DNA from: Planctomycetota bacterium
Lineage (GTDB): Bacteria > Planctomycetota > UBA8108 > SXIK01
Assembly: GCA_965223845.1 (NCBI GenBank)
Contig: CBDCXR010000004.1
Location: 704,001-768,000, forward strand
Reading direction: 5' to 3'
Length of the DNA stretch: 64,000 bases
In this document: positions 19,908 through 29,385 of the stretch, in pieces
Position numbering within the stretch: position 1 is the stretch's first letter
Layout of the letters: each line of letters begins with the position of its first letter
The notes under the pieces: model-generated
Seen by the model: only the letters and a program-made list of their open reading frames with translations
The model's database searches: none
What the model was told of the DNA's origin: nothing
Position numbers and translations under genes: made by a program

Positions 19908-20349
19908 CGACGTGAACCGTCGCGGTTTCGATTGAGTAAGTCGCGTCGAGTGGATTCGGCGCGCGAGCGAGTCTTGAACGCGCGCACTTTCCCCGTGAGG
20001 GCGGAGAAGTATACCCCTCGCTCCGACGACCGGCAAAAGCGCGGCTCGAGTTGTCAGCTCGTGCCGCGCGCCGTATACTCAGTTGGCTGTAAAGTTTTGT
20101 TTCGCTTGGTGTTAACCGGCGAATCTTGCGGCCGGACCTCTGGGCCGTGACGCCGTCTCCATCGGCGTTCGACCAGGGAACACGTTATCGGATCGCGTTC
20201 GACGCGAGGGGTGGTGCAGACCGCCGTTCGCAAAACTCGAAGCGACTCCGTACCTCGCCGCGACGGAGCGTATGGTCTTCGTCGCGCGCGCATCGCGAGC
20301 CGTTCGCGAGTTGACCATCCGCCATCGCATGTTGGGGTGCCTGCTGACG

Positions 20350-21900
20350 ATGCCCAATCCGAAGATCGGAGTCGACAGGTGGGCGGGGCGATCGGCCGAC
20401 GAGTGGCAGCGGATTCAATTCGCGCGGCTGCGTGAGTTCCTCTGTCATCAGGTGCTCCCGTTCAGTCCGTTCTACGAACAGCGGTTCCGGGACGCCGGCG
20501 TCGATCCGAAGTCGCTGAGCTCGCTCGATGATCTCCGCCAGCTTCCGTTCACGTCGAAGGACGACATCGCGCCGACGAGCGACGAGCCGCAGCGACCGCG
20601 CGAGCTCATTCTCCAGCCCACGCCCGAACGGATTCGAGAGGCGTGGCCGCTGACGAAGAAACTCGGACTCGCCGCGACGAAGCTCTTCCGAGGCGAGGCG
20701 GCGGTCCGCGCCCAACTCGAGCGCGAGTATCGCCCGGTGTCCGCGTTCTTCACGACCGGCCGTTCGGCTCTGCCGACGCTCTTCGCACTCACGAACTACG
20801 ATCTCGCGGTCCTCGAAGAGGTCGGGGCGCGCATCCAGGGCGTGATCGGGACGGATTCGCGGGACGACCGACTCGCAAACCTGTTCCCGTACGCGCCGCA
20901 TCTCGCGTTTTGGCAGGTGTACTACGTCGGCCTCGGTGGCAACACGTTCACGCTGAACACGGGCGGTGGGAAGGTGATGGGGACGGAGGGCATCCTCCAG
21001 GCTCTCCAGCGGATGCGACCGGCGTTCCTCGCCGGCATCCCGGGGTACGTCTACCACGTGCTTCGCGAGGCGCAGTCGCGGTCGCTCGACCTCAGCTTCG
21101 TGAAGGGGCTCGCGCTCGGCGGCGATCAGGTCACACCCGGCTACCGGACCCGCGTGAAGGAGATCCTGCGGGGGCTGGGTGCCGAGCAGGTGCGCGTGCA
21201 GAGCGTGCTCGGCTTCACTGAGGCGCGCAAGTGCTGGGCGGAGTGTTCGGGCGAAGCCGACTCGGGCTTTCATCTCTATCCGGATCTCGAGATCGTCGAG
21301 CTCATCGACCCGGATACCGAGAAGCCCGTCGGGGAAGGAGAAACGGGCGAGCTCGTCTACACGAGTCTCGTGGGCCGAGGCAGCTGCGTCCTCCGGTACC
21401 GTACCGGCGATCTCATCGTCGGCGGGATGACTTGGACCGAGTGCCCGCACTGCGGGAGACGAGTGCCGCGGCTCGCATCCCGTCTCGAGCGCGTGAGCAA
21501 CGTGAAGAACTTCCAGCTCTCGAAAGTGAAGGGAACGCTGGTCAACTTGAACGTGTTCAAGGACGAGCTCGACAACGACCCGCGGGTCGAGGAGTGGCAG
21601 CTCGTCATTCGGAAGCGCAACGACGATCCCTGCGATGTCGACGAAATGCTGCTCAACCTCGCGCTCCGAGACGACGTGGATTCCGGCGACTGCGACACGG
21701 TCGTCGGCGAGATCGAGAATCGACTCCTCCACGCTTCCGAAGTGAAGATCAACGCGACTCACGTCCTTCCGCTCAATCAAGTTCTCGAGCTCCTCGGCAT
21801 GGAGACCCAGCTCAAGGAGAAGCGCATCGTCGATCTTCGTGGCTCGGCGGGAGCCGAGGCGACCGCAGGCGCGGAGGCCACGACAGCGGTGAAGCCATGA
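20350..21900 (+). CDS. Phenylacetate-CoA ligase (PaaK)-like adenylate-forming enzyme
   Basis: SPFYEQRF, LPFTSKDD, GFTEA, GELVYTSL, RYRTGD, KVKGTLV; atypical P-loop TTGRSALP. Confidence 0.85.
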   Translation: MPNPKIGVDRWAGRSADEWQRIQFARLREFLCHQVLPFSPFYEQRFRDAGVDPKSLSSLDDLRQLPFTSKDDIAPTSDEPQRPRELILQPTPERIREAWPLTKKLGLAATKLFRGEAAVRAQLEREYRPVSAFFTTGRSALPTLFALTNYDLAVLEEVGARIQGVIGTDSRDDRLANLFPYAPHLAFWQVYYVGLGGNTFTLNTGGGKVMGTEGILQALQRMRPAFLAGIPGYVYHVLREAQSRSLDLSFVKGLALGGDQVTPGYRTRVKEILRGLGAEQVRVQSVLGFTEARKCWAECSGEADSGFHLYPDLEIVELIDPDTEKPVGEGETGELVYTSLVGRGSCVLRYRTGDLIVGGMTWTECPHCGRRVPRLASRLERVSNVKNFQLSKVKGTLVNLNVFKDELDNDPRVEEWQLVIRKRNDDPCDVDEMLLNLALRDDVDSGDCDTVVGEIENRLLHASEVKINATHVLPLNQVLELLGMETQLKEKRIVDLRGSAGAEATAGAEATTAVKP

Positions 21901-21979
21901 TCACTTCGCTGCGAGGGAACGCCACGATCGGATCGGTGGGCTGCCTCTCGCTGTGCATCTCCGCGGCGGAGGATTCGCC

Positions 21980-22885
21980 ATGACGCAGCAGGGCGGAACC
22001 TGTCTTGTTCTCGGTGGGGGCGGCGCACGCGGGCTTTCCCATCTCGGCGTGCTCGAGGTGCTCGATCGCGAGGGGATTCGCCTCGATTCGATCGTCGGGA
22101 CGAGCGCGGGCGCGGTCGTCGGAGCGGCGTATGCGCTAGAACCCGATGCGGCGACGATGTCGAAGCGGGCGCTCGCGTATTTCCGAGGCAAGGCGGCAAA
22201 GAGCACGGCGTTCAAGAAGGTCCTGCTCAAGACGGAAGATGCCGAGCGCAACTTCTTCGCGAATCTGATCTCGAGCATCCGGAAGAGCTACGTCTTCAGC
22301 GCGCTCCTCCGTCGACCGTCGATCTTTTCGACGAGTGCGCTCGAGGATGTGATCGCCGATCTCGTTCCCGACAAAGAGTTCTCCGATACCGAGATTCCGT
22401 TCGCCGTACCCGCGCTCGATATCCGCAGCGGCGAAGAGGTTCTCATCCGCGAAGGCTCGCTGCGGCGTGCCGTGCTCGCGAGCTGCTCGCTGCCGGGGTT
22501 CTTCCCGCCGGTCGAGTGGGATGATCAGCTTCTCGTCGACGCCGGGGTCATCGGCCCCGTCCCCGTGACGGCCGCGGCCTGTTTCGGTCCCGCCACGACG
22601 ATCGCCGTCGACATCTCATCGCGTCTCGAGAACGTCGCCGAGATCAAGCAGGGGCTCGACGCCATTCTTCGCGTCGAAGCGATCGCCTGCGGACGGCTCA
22701 ATGATCTCGAACTCGCGCAGGCGGATGTCGTGATTCGTCCGGTCGTCGGCGACAAGTACTGGTCCGATTTCAGCGGCCTCAGTGACGTGGTCCAGGCGGG
22801 CGGCCACGCGGCGGAGCTCCTGCTAGACCGCATCCGCGCGTGCGTCGGCTCGTGCCTCTCGGGGCGCGAGAGCGCGGCGCACTAG
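21980..22885 (+). CDS. Patatin-like phospholipase (RssA/NTE family)
   Basis: LGGGGARG oxyanion motif, GTSAG nucleophile, ASCSLPGFFPP, LVDAG. Confidence 0.92.
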   Translation: MTQQGGTCLVLGGGGARGLSHLGVLEVLDREGIRLDSIVGTSAGAVVGAAYALEPDAATMSKRALAYFRGKAAKSTAFKKVLLKTEDAERNFFANLISSIRKSYVFSALLRRPSIFSTSALEDVIADLVPDKEFSDTEIPFAVPALDIRSGEEVLIREGSLRRAVLASCSLPGFFPPVEWDDQLLVDAGVIGPVPVTAAACFGPATTIAVDISSRLENVAEIKQGLDAILRVEAIACGRLNDLELAQADVVIRPVVGDKYWSDFSGLSDVVQAGGHAAELLLDRIRACVGSCLSGRESAAH

Positions 22886-23086
22886 CCGCCGAACGACTCG
22901 GAGGAACCGCGACGCGCTCGCTCCGAGTCGATTGCGCCCATCGCGCGCGTGCTCGCGAAGCTGCGCCGGCGACGCGGTAGAATCCGGCGAGACGTCCGCG
23001 CTATGATTCCTCCGATTGGGTCGTCGGCCGCGTACGATCGGGGATGCGGACCGACGGTGGCTCGATGTCGACGGCAAGAGGTGAGC

Positions 23087-23722
23087 ATGTTTTTCGTCCT
23101 AGAGGGAGTCGACGGCTGCGGGAAGACGACTCAGGTTCGGCTGCTCGAAGAGCGGCTACGGACCGAACAAGGCGTCGAGGTCGTCTCCGTGCGCGAGCCC
23201 GGCGGCACGAAGCTCGGCGAAACGCTCCGCGGCCTCCTCCTCGAACCCGGCGACGAGGACCTCGCGCCCGAAACCGAGCTCTACCTCTTCATGGCGGCGC
23301 GCTCGCACCTCGTACGACAGAAGATCGCGCCCGCGCTCGCGCGCGGCGCGGTCGTGATTTCGGACCGATTCCTGTGGTCGTCCGCGGCCTACCAGGGAGA
23401 CGCCGCGTCGCTCGAGCCGGAAGACGTGCTCCGACTCGGCTCGCTCGCGGTGCGCGGTGCGCCGGTGACGCACACTCTGTGGCTCGATCTCGATCCCGAG
23501 GAGGCATTCGCGCGAACGGATCACGCGAAAGGAGACGGCGACGACCGCATGGAGCGGCGCGGCATCGAGTTTCAACGGCGCGTCCGCGAGACGTTTCGGC
23601 GACTCGCTGCTGCACCCACGCATCACGCCGGCAAAGTGACGGTCATCGACGCACGAGAGTCGATCGCCGAAGTTCACGAACGAATCGTCGCGGCGATCGA
23701 ACCGCACTTCGCGGCGCGTTGA
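23087..23722 (+). CDS. tmk: Thymidylate kinase
   Basis: EGVDGCGKTTQ, REPGGT, LFMAAR, SDRF, AYQG, DRME; GAGG SD. Confidence 0.96.
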   Translation: MFFVLEGVDGCGKTTQVRLLEERLRTEQGVEVVSVREPGGTKLGETLRGLLLEPGDEDLAPETELYLFMAARSHLVRQKIAPALARGAVVISDRFLWSSAAYQGDAASLEPEDVLRLGSLAVRGAPVTHTLWLDLDPEEAFARTDHAKGDGDDRMERRGIEFQRRVRETFRRLAAAPTHHAGKVTVIDARESIAEVHERIVAAIEPHFAAR

Positions 23723-23763
23723 CCGAATGGTCATGCCGTTTCTCGCGTCCCTTTGAGGCTCCA

Positions 23764-24591
23764 GTGATCCGCGCGTCCACCGAGAGTGAGTTTCTTCCGT
23801 CGGCCGGCGGCCAGCCGCTGGCGCGAAGCTACTTCGAGCGCGCTTGCCGAACCGATCGGCTCGCGCACGCCTACTTGCTCTGGGGCGAGGACGGGAGCGG
23901 AAAGCGCGCGTTCGCCGAGGAGCTCGCGCAAGCGCTCCTCTGCGCGGACGGAGATCCCTGCGGTCAGTGTGCGTCGTGTCGAAGCATCGCGAACGGGAAC
24001 CATCCCTCGGTGCACGTGTTCGGACCGGCGGAGGGGAAGGTCGCGATCGACATCGATACCGTGCGTCGCCTCTCCGAACGGGTGCACCTGAAGGATCGAG
24101 AGCTGAAGGTGATCATCGTCGACCCGGCCGATTCGATGGGAGAGCCCGCGGCGAACGCGCTTCTCAAGACCCTCGAGGAGCCACCGCCCGAGACGCTCCT
24201 CATTCTGATCGCGCGGTCGACGGGAACGCTGCTCTCGACGATCGTCTCGCGCTGCCACCGCGTTCCGTTTCTTTCCGCCGCCGGCTCGGCTGAGCTCGCG
24301 AGTGACGGGCGTCGCATCGCGGCCGAGCTTCGGGAAACAGACTTCTTTGCGCGAAGCGATCCGAAGGTTTGGCTCTCGGATCGCTTCCCGGGAGCGGAGA
24401 CGACGAAGGAGGCGGTTCGGAGCGCCGTCGATCTTCTCATCGCCGGCGCGCGCGACGGACTCCTCGAGGAAGCGACGGTCGACGGTGCGCTCGAGGTCCT
24501 CAATGACCTGTTCGAGCTTCGCGCGGCGCTCGACGGGAACGTCCACGCCGATCTCGTGTTCGAGCGTCTGCTCGCTCGACTGCGTCGCTGA
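23764..24591 (+). CDS. holB: DNA polymerase III delta' subunit
   Basis: HAYLLWGEDGSGK, Zn motif C...PCGQCASC, AANALLKTLEEPP, TIVSRC; tmk-holB synteny; start uncertain. Confidence 0.9.
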   Translation: MIRASTESEFLPSAGGQPLARSYFERACRTDRLAHAYLLWGEDGSGKRAFAEELAQALLCADGDPCGQCASCRSIANGNHPSVHVFGPAEGKVAIDIDTVRRLSERVHLKDRELKVIIVDPADSMGEPAANALLKTLEEPPPETLLILIARSTGTLLSTIVSRCHRVPFLSAAGSAELASDGRRIAAELRETDFFARSDPKVWLSDRFPGAETTKEAVRSAVDLLIAGARDGLLEEATVDGALEVLNDLFELRAALDGNVHADLVFERLLARLRR

Positions 24592-24910
24592 TTCTCGCTC
24601 CCGCGCGCGAGACTCGTACCGCGCCCGGAGGCGGTGCCGCGGGGGTCGGTCGCGGCCCTCGCCGGGACTCACCACGCCGAGCCTCGGTGCCGGGGAGAGA
24701 CGCCACGATCGCTCCGGGTCCTCCGAATTCCGCTCAACCTTCCGGGCTCCACGTCCGAACCATCCGGAAGAGAGCTCTCCGCCCCGATCCCGCGCTGGAA
24801 GCGGTGGGACACGAGTGGGTCGAGGCCGGCCGGGGCGCCGGACTTTAGCTCTCGCCGGACCGCCCCGAGTCGGCGGACGAAACGCGGCAGGCGGTGAACG
24901 GATACGCGAG

Positions 24911-25342
24911 ATGACGGCGGCCGAAAAGTTCCAGAAGCTCCTCGCTTCGGACAAGCGCTACGACGCGGAGGCGTACAACTTCGTGTACGAAGCGCTCGAT
25001 TGGACGCTGAAGCACTGCGTCGGTGGGCACCGCGAGAACCAGCACGTCTCGGGGCCGGAGCTCCTCGCCGGTGCTCGCCAGTATGCGATCGAGCAGTTCG
25101 GCTGCCTCGCGCGCACCGTGCTCGAGAGCTGGGGCGTCCACTCGACCGCGGACTTCGGCGAGATCGTGTTCAATCTCGTCGACCACGACCTCATGGGGAA
25201 GCAAGACTCCGACGAGCGCGAAGACTTCCACGACGTGTATGACTTCTCCGAGGCGTTCGACGTGCAGCCGCACTTCCGCTACCGCGCGGAGAAGGACGAG
25301 TGGCAAGCGGCCTATGTGCCGCGTTCGGCCGTCCACGAGTAG
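24911..25342 (+). CDS. Minf_1886-family (Verrucomicrobia/Planctomycetes-restricted) conserved protein
   Basis: DKRYDAEAYNFVYEAL, HVSGPELL, FGCLARTVLESWGVHSTADFGEIVFNLV, recognised from memory of the TIGR04138 family. Confidence 0.8.
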   Translation: MTAAEKFQKLLASDKRYDAEAYNFVYEALDWTLKHCVGGHRENQHVSGPELLAGARQYAIEQFGCLARTVLESWGVHSTADFGEIVFNLVDHDLMGKQDSDEREDFHDVYDFSEAFDVQPHFRYRAEKDEWQAAYVPRSAVHE

Positions 25343-25628
25343 GTCGAGTCCGGCTACGCTCGCTGAACTCCAGGGATCGTGGTGGATTCCCGATCCCGAC
25401 GAAACGCTCGCTCCGTCGACTCGATCGCGAACGATGTGACGGACGTGCTGGTGCCGTCGATCTCACCGTTCCGCGTTTGAATCCGGTCGACCGACGCGGC
25501 GGAAGCGGTCGGCATCGCTTCGGCGCCGAGCGCGAGCCGATGAGTACGGCCTTGTAACTCCGCCGTGAAATGCGCATCGTGCCGACTGCGGACCTGCGCA
25601 ACTCGTCCCGTTCGGATTTCTCGCCCTC

Positions 25629-26429
25629 GTGGACGTCCCTCTTCTTCGGTTTCCTCGCCTCGGCCGCCTCGCGGCGATTCGCTGCGCCGTGTCGACGCGC
25701 CACGGCGGCGTCAGTCCGCCTCCGTTCGACTCTCTCAATCTCGGATTCTCGGTGGGAGACGATCCGGAGCGAGTCGCCGAGAATCGCCGTCGCTTCTTCG
25801 CGGCCGCGGAAACGTCCTCGGCGCGCGTCGTCGCTTGCCGGCAGACGCACGGCGCCCGCGTCGTGCGTGTCGGAACGGACGACTGCGGCCGCGGCGCGCT
25901 CGCCGCGGGCGACGCCATCCCCGATGCCGATGCGCTCCTCACGACCGTACCGGGGGTCGATCTCCTCGTCCAATCCGCCGACTGTCCGCTAGTTCTCCTC
26001 GCCGCGCCGCCGAAGGCGGGCGTGGCGGTGGCCCATTCGGGCTGGCGCGGCACGGCGGCGCGAATCGTCCCCGCGGCGGTCGACGAACTTTGCCGCGCGA
26101 CGGGGAGAGGCCCGGGCGATCTCGTCGCCGGGTTGGCGCCGGCGATCGGAGCTTGCTGCTACGACGTCGGAATCGATGTGGCCGACGCCGTGGGAGCTGG
26201 CGCGGCGTCGAGACGACCGAGCGCGCAACCTGGCGCCACCCGTCTCGCGCTGCGAGCGGTGATCGTGCAGCAGCTCACCGGTGCCGGGGTCCCGTGCGGT
26301 GCAATCGAAATCCTGTCGGGCTGTACGGCGTGTTCGGACGCCCCCTTCTACTCGCACCGCGCGAGCGGGGGAAAGACCGGCCGCTTTGGTCTCGTCGCGG
26401 GTCTCGCCGGAGACGGACGGCGGGTGTGA
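25629..26429 (+). CDS. pgeF: YfiH/PgeF (laccase-domain) purine nucleoside phosphorylase-like protein
   Basis: STRHGGVS, LNLG, VAENRRR, QTHG, ADALLT, SADC, AHSGWRG, CCYDVG, CTAC, FYSHR. Confidence 0.92.
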   Translation: MDVPLLRFPRLGRLAAIRCAVSTRHGGVSPPPFDSLNLGFSVGDDPERVAENRRRFFAAAETSSARVVACRQTHGARVVRVGTDDCGRGALAAGDAIPDADALLTTVPGVDLLVQSADCPLVLLAAPPKAGVAVAHSGWRGTAARIVPAAVDELCRATGRGPGDLVAGLAPAIGACCYDVGIDVADAVGAGAASRRPSAQPGATRLALRAVIVQQLTGAGVPCGAIEILSGCTACSDAPFYSHRASGGKTGRFGLVAGLAGDGRRV

Positions 26430-26453
26430 TGCGACGTCGACGTTCGCTCCCGT

Positions 26454-28772
26454 TCAGCTCTCGTCGGTCGGCGGGAGCTCGTCGTCCCAAGGCAGCCGGG
26501 AGAGCTCGGCGTGGTCCTCGCGGTTGTCGCCGAGCCGCTTGAGAATGTCGACCAGCGCCGTACGAAGTTGACGATCTTCACGAAAATCCTGAGCTTCGTC
26601 GCGGTTGTTCGCGTCCTCGACGAGGCGCCGCGAGAGCTCGCGGAGCGCGCGCCGCACGTCGTCCTTCGGCGCTTTCGTCCCGAGCGACGTGTAGAGCGCG
26701 TCGCTCTCCGGATAGCGTTCGAGGCTCCCATCGTCGCCCTTCTTGTAGAGCTCGCGCAAGCTCGCCGCGTGCTTCGCGATGTATTCGGCGACTTTCTCCG
26801 ACCGTTGGACCCGCTCCATCTCCTCGGCGCGTTGCAAGCTGATCTTTTTCTCGGCGGCGATCTCGACGTCGGGTTTGACGCCGCCCTCGAGGACCTCGCC
26901 GTTCTCGTCGACGATCGTGTGCACGCAGCGACCGAGAGGAAGGAAGTAGTACTGGACAGTGAGGCGGAGCCGCGCTTCGCCGCCGAGGAGATTCTGACTT
27001 CGGCGCGAGAGCTTGATCAGACGCTGCACACTTCCCTTCCCGTACGTCTGTCGTCCGAGGATGCGCGCCCGGCCGTAGTCTTGGAGAGCGCCCGCGACGA
27101 TCTCCGACGCGCTCGCGCTGTGCTCGTTCACGAGGACGATCATCGGATACTCGGGCCGGGCGAAGTCGTCGGGCATCGTGTGAAACTCGTCCTCGCCGCT
27201 TCCCTTCTGCGTGACGATCGGCAGCTCTCCGGCGACGAACTGATCGACGATCGCGGTCGCCTGTCGTAGCTCGCCGCCCGGATTGTCGCGAAGGTCGACG
27301 ATGAGGGCGCGCATCTCTTTCTTCTCGAGCGCGTCGACGGCTTGCGTGAACTCAGACGCCGCGTTGTAGCCGAACTGCGTGAGACGCACGTAGCCGACGT
27401 TTCCCGGGAGCATGTCGGAGTAGAGAGACGGTACCTTCACGCGTCCGCGGACCACGGCGTAGTCGGAGGTCCCCTCGACGCCGGGGCGCCGGATCGTCAG
27501 GGTGACTTTCGAATTCTTGGGCCCCTTCAACTTGCCGACGACTCCCTCCATGTCGAGCGAAGTGAGCTCTTCGCCGTCGATGTGCGTGACTCGATCACCG
27601 GCGCGTACCCCCGCGCGGTGCGCCGGTCCCCCGTAGAGAACCTTAGGGATGTGGAGCGGCGCGTCCGACGCCTTGTAAATGTGCGCGCCGATCCCGTAGT
27701 ACTCGCCCGCCATGGACTCGTCGAATTCCTTCGTATCGCTCACTCCGAGGAACGACGAGAAGGCGTCGAGACGTTCGACCATCCCTTCGATCGCACCGAG
27801 GAAGAGATCCTTTCTCGACGTCCGCTTCGGCTGGACGTACGAGGATTGAATCTTCTCGACGATCTCCTCGAAAAGCGACGAGTACGGATCTGAGCTCGGC
27901 GCACCTTCGCCGCCGGCGGCGACTCCCGCGCGGGCCGCCTCGAGCTCGCGCTCGAGCTCGAGGATACGTTTCTCCTTTACGGCGAGAAGCTTCTGCGGAT
28001 TGACCCCCTCGAGGAGAACTTCACCGGAGTCGATCTTCCGGTCGAGCTGACGACTGAGCTCGACGATGTGATCGAGGCTCGCCGCGCGGCGGCCCTGAGC
28101 GCTCGGCTCGTCGCGAAGTCCGCGGAGAATGTCCTTCACCGCACCGTCGAAGTAATCCATCTCCGCGAGGGCGAGCGCCGCTTCGCGCCGGACGCCCAGG
28201 TCCCGAGCGGCGAGGTAGCGAACGAGCTTGTCGCGGGCGCTCGTCACGTGGTCGAGGTTCCAAAGCGCGCGCGCAAACGCGATCACCGCACGAGGAGCCG
28301 TCGCTGCGCCGAACTGCTTTTCGAGAAGCTCGCGGTCCTCTTCGGGGTCGCCGTAAAGGCCGAGGAGCTGCGCGGAGGACACGCGGACTTCGCGGTCGCG
28401 CGACTCAACGAGCGATCTCACCGTGAGGAGGGCCTGGTCGGCGTCCGTGTCGTCCTCGCCGTCGAGGAGCACCTTCGCGCAGGCGAGGCGCACGCGGTCC
28501 GCGCCGCGGTCGAGGGAGCGCCGAACCTCGGGGAGCGCCGTGTCGCCGAGCTCGGCTAGGCGCGCGACGCGCGTCCAGTACGCGTCGCCGCTCAGCTTCT
28601 CGAGTTGCTGGAGGAACGTCCGAACCCGAGCGTCGCCGTCCGTGTCGAGGGCGGGTTCCGCCGCGATCGCGCCTCGCGAACCCGAACCGAACTCGATGGC
28701 GGCGAAAGCGACGGCGATGGCGACGAGCGGGAGCGCGGCGGGGCGCGCGCGGGAAATTCGCGAAGCGGACAT
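26454..28772 (-). CDS. S41A C-terminal processing protease with N-terminal HEAT-like repeats
   Basis: Signal-like N-terminus; HEAT-like repeats (VRLACAKVL, VRVSSAQLLG, VRREAALALA); PDZ (YYGIGA, PAHRAGVRAGD); DLRDNPGG, SASASEI, TYGKGSVQ, GVKPD. Confidence 0.9.
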   Translation of the reverse strand: MSASRISRARPAALPLVAIAVAFAAIEFGSGSRGAIAAEPALDTDGDARVRTFLQQLEKLSGDAYWTRVARLAELGDTALPEVRRSLDRGADRVRLACAKVLLDGEDDTDADQALLTVRSLVESRDREVRVSSAQLLGLYGDPEEDRELLEKQFGAATAPRAVIAFARALWNLDHVTSARDKLVRYLAARDLGVRREAALALAEMDYFDGAVKDILRGLRDEPSAQGRRAASLDHIVELSRQLDRKIDSGEVLLEGVNPQKLLAVKEKRILELERELEAARAGVAAGGEGAPSSDPYSSLFEEIVEKIQSSYVQPKRTSRKDLFLGAIEGMVERLDAFSSFLGVSDTKEFDESMAGEYYGIGAHIYKASDAPLHIPKVLYGGPAHRAGVRAGDRVTHIDGEELTSLDMEGVVGKLKGPKNSKVTLTIRRPGVEGTSDYAVVRGRVKVPSLYSDMLPGNVGYVRLTQFGYNAASEFTQAVDALEKKEMRALIVDLRDNPGGELRQATAIVDQFVAGELPIVTQKGSGEDEFHTMPDDFARPEYPMIVLVNEHSASASEIVAGALQDYGRARILGRQTYGKGSVQRLIKLSRRSQNLLGGEARLRLTVQYYFLPLGRCVHTIVDENGEVLEGGVKPDVEIAAEKKISLQRAEEMERVQRSEKVAEYIAKHAASLRELYKKGDDGSLERYPESDALYTSLGTKAPKDDVRRALRELSRRLVEDANNRDEAQDFREDRQLRTALVDILKRLGDNREDHAELSRLPWDDELPPTDES

Positions 28773-29385
28773 CCGGGGTGCGTTCCTTCGAATTGGGGGG
28801 AGAGGACGGTCTCGCGAGACCAGGTTGCGTTCGACGGGGTCGGCAGCGGCGTCGAACTTGCGGCGGAGGACGACAGTTATCGTAAGGAGTCGCCGACACC
28901 CGGCAAGGCGGCATCCGCGGCGGATGCTCCGTTTTTCGCTCCGTCCGTTTCTTGCGACGGGCGCGAGCGGGCGTCCGGCGATTCGCGGAGAGCGCTCGAG
29001 TGGGAGCCGCACGGCTGAGGTGGTAAGCTCCCGAAAGCCCGCCCCCCGCGCCGTCGGCGAGTGTCGACCGACGTCTCGATCTTCCTCTGCTCGCTGAGAG
29101 TGATCGGTCCTTTCGGTCTGCGGCTGCAGGCTCTTCCGGTCTGCCGCGTCTCGAGGCGCGCGCGGACGGCGACCGGACCCGGCGCGCGGAGGGTGAGCGA
29201 GATCGTCTCGATCCTCCGTCCCGAGGATCGTCGCCGCCGTCGGCTCTCGGCCCCTCGCGATTGCGATGGAGTGCGGTATGCGAGACGAATTGACGGCGGG
29301 GCCCGGCTCGTGCGGGCGCGGAGACGCAACGGGGGAAGGACTGCCGGGGCGCGACGGCGAGGCGGAGCGCGAGCGCCCCCCGGCG

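Noticed and set aside
17062-22885. Genomic island integrated at tRNA-Val
   Set aside because: No integrase, no duplicated tRNA 3' end noticed, and composition matches the rest of the window
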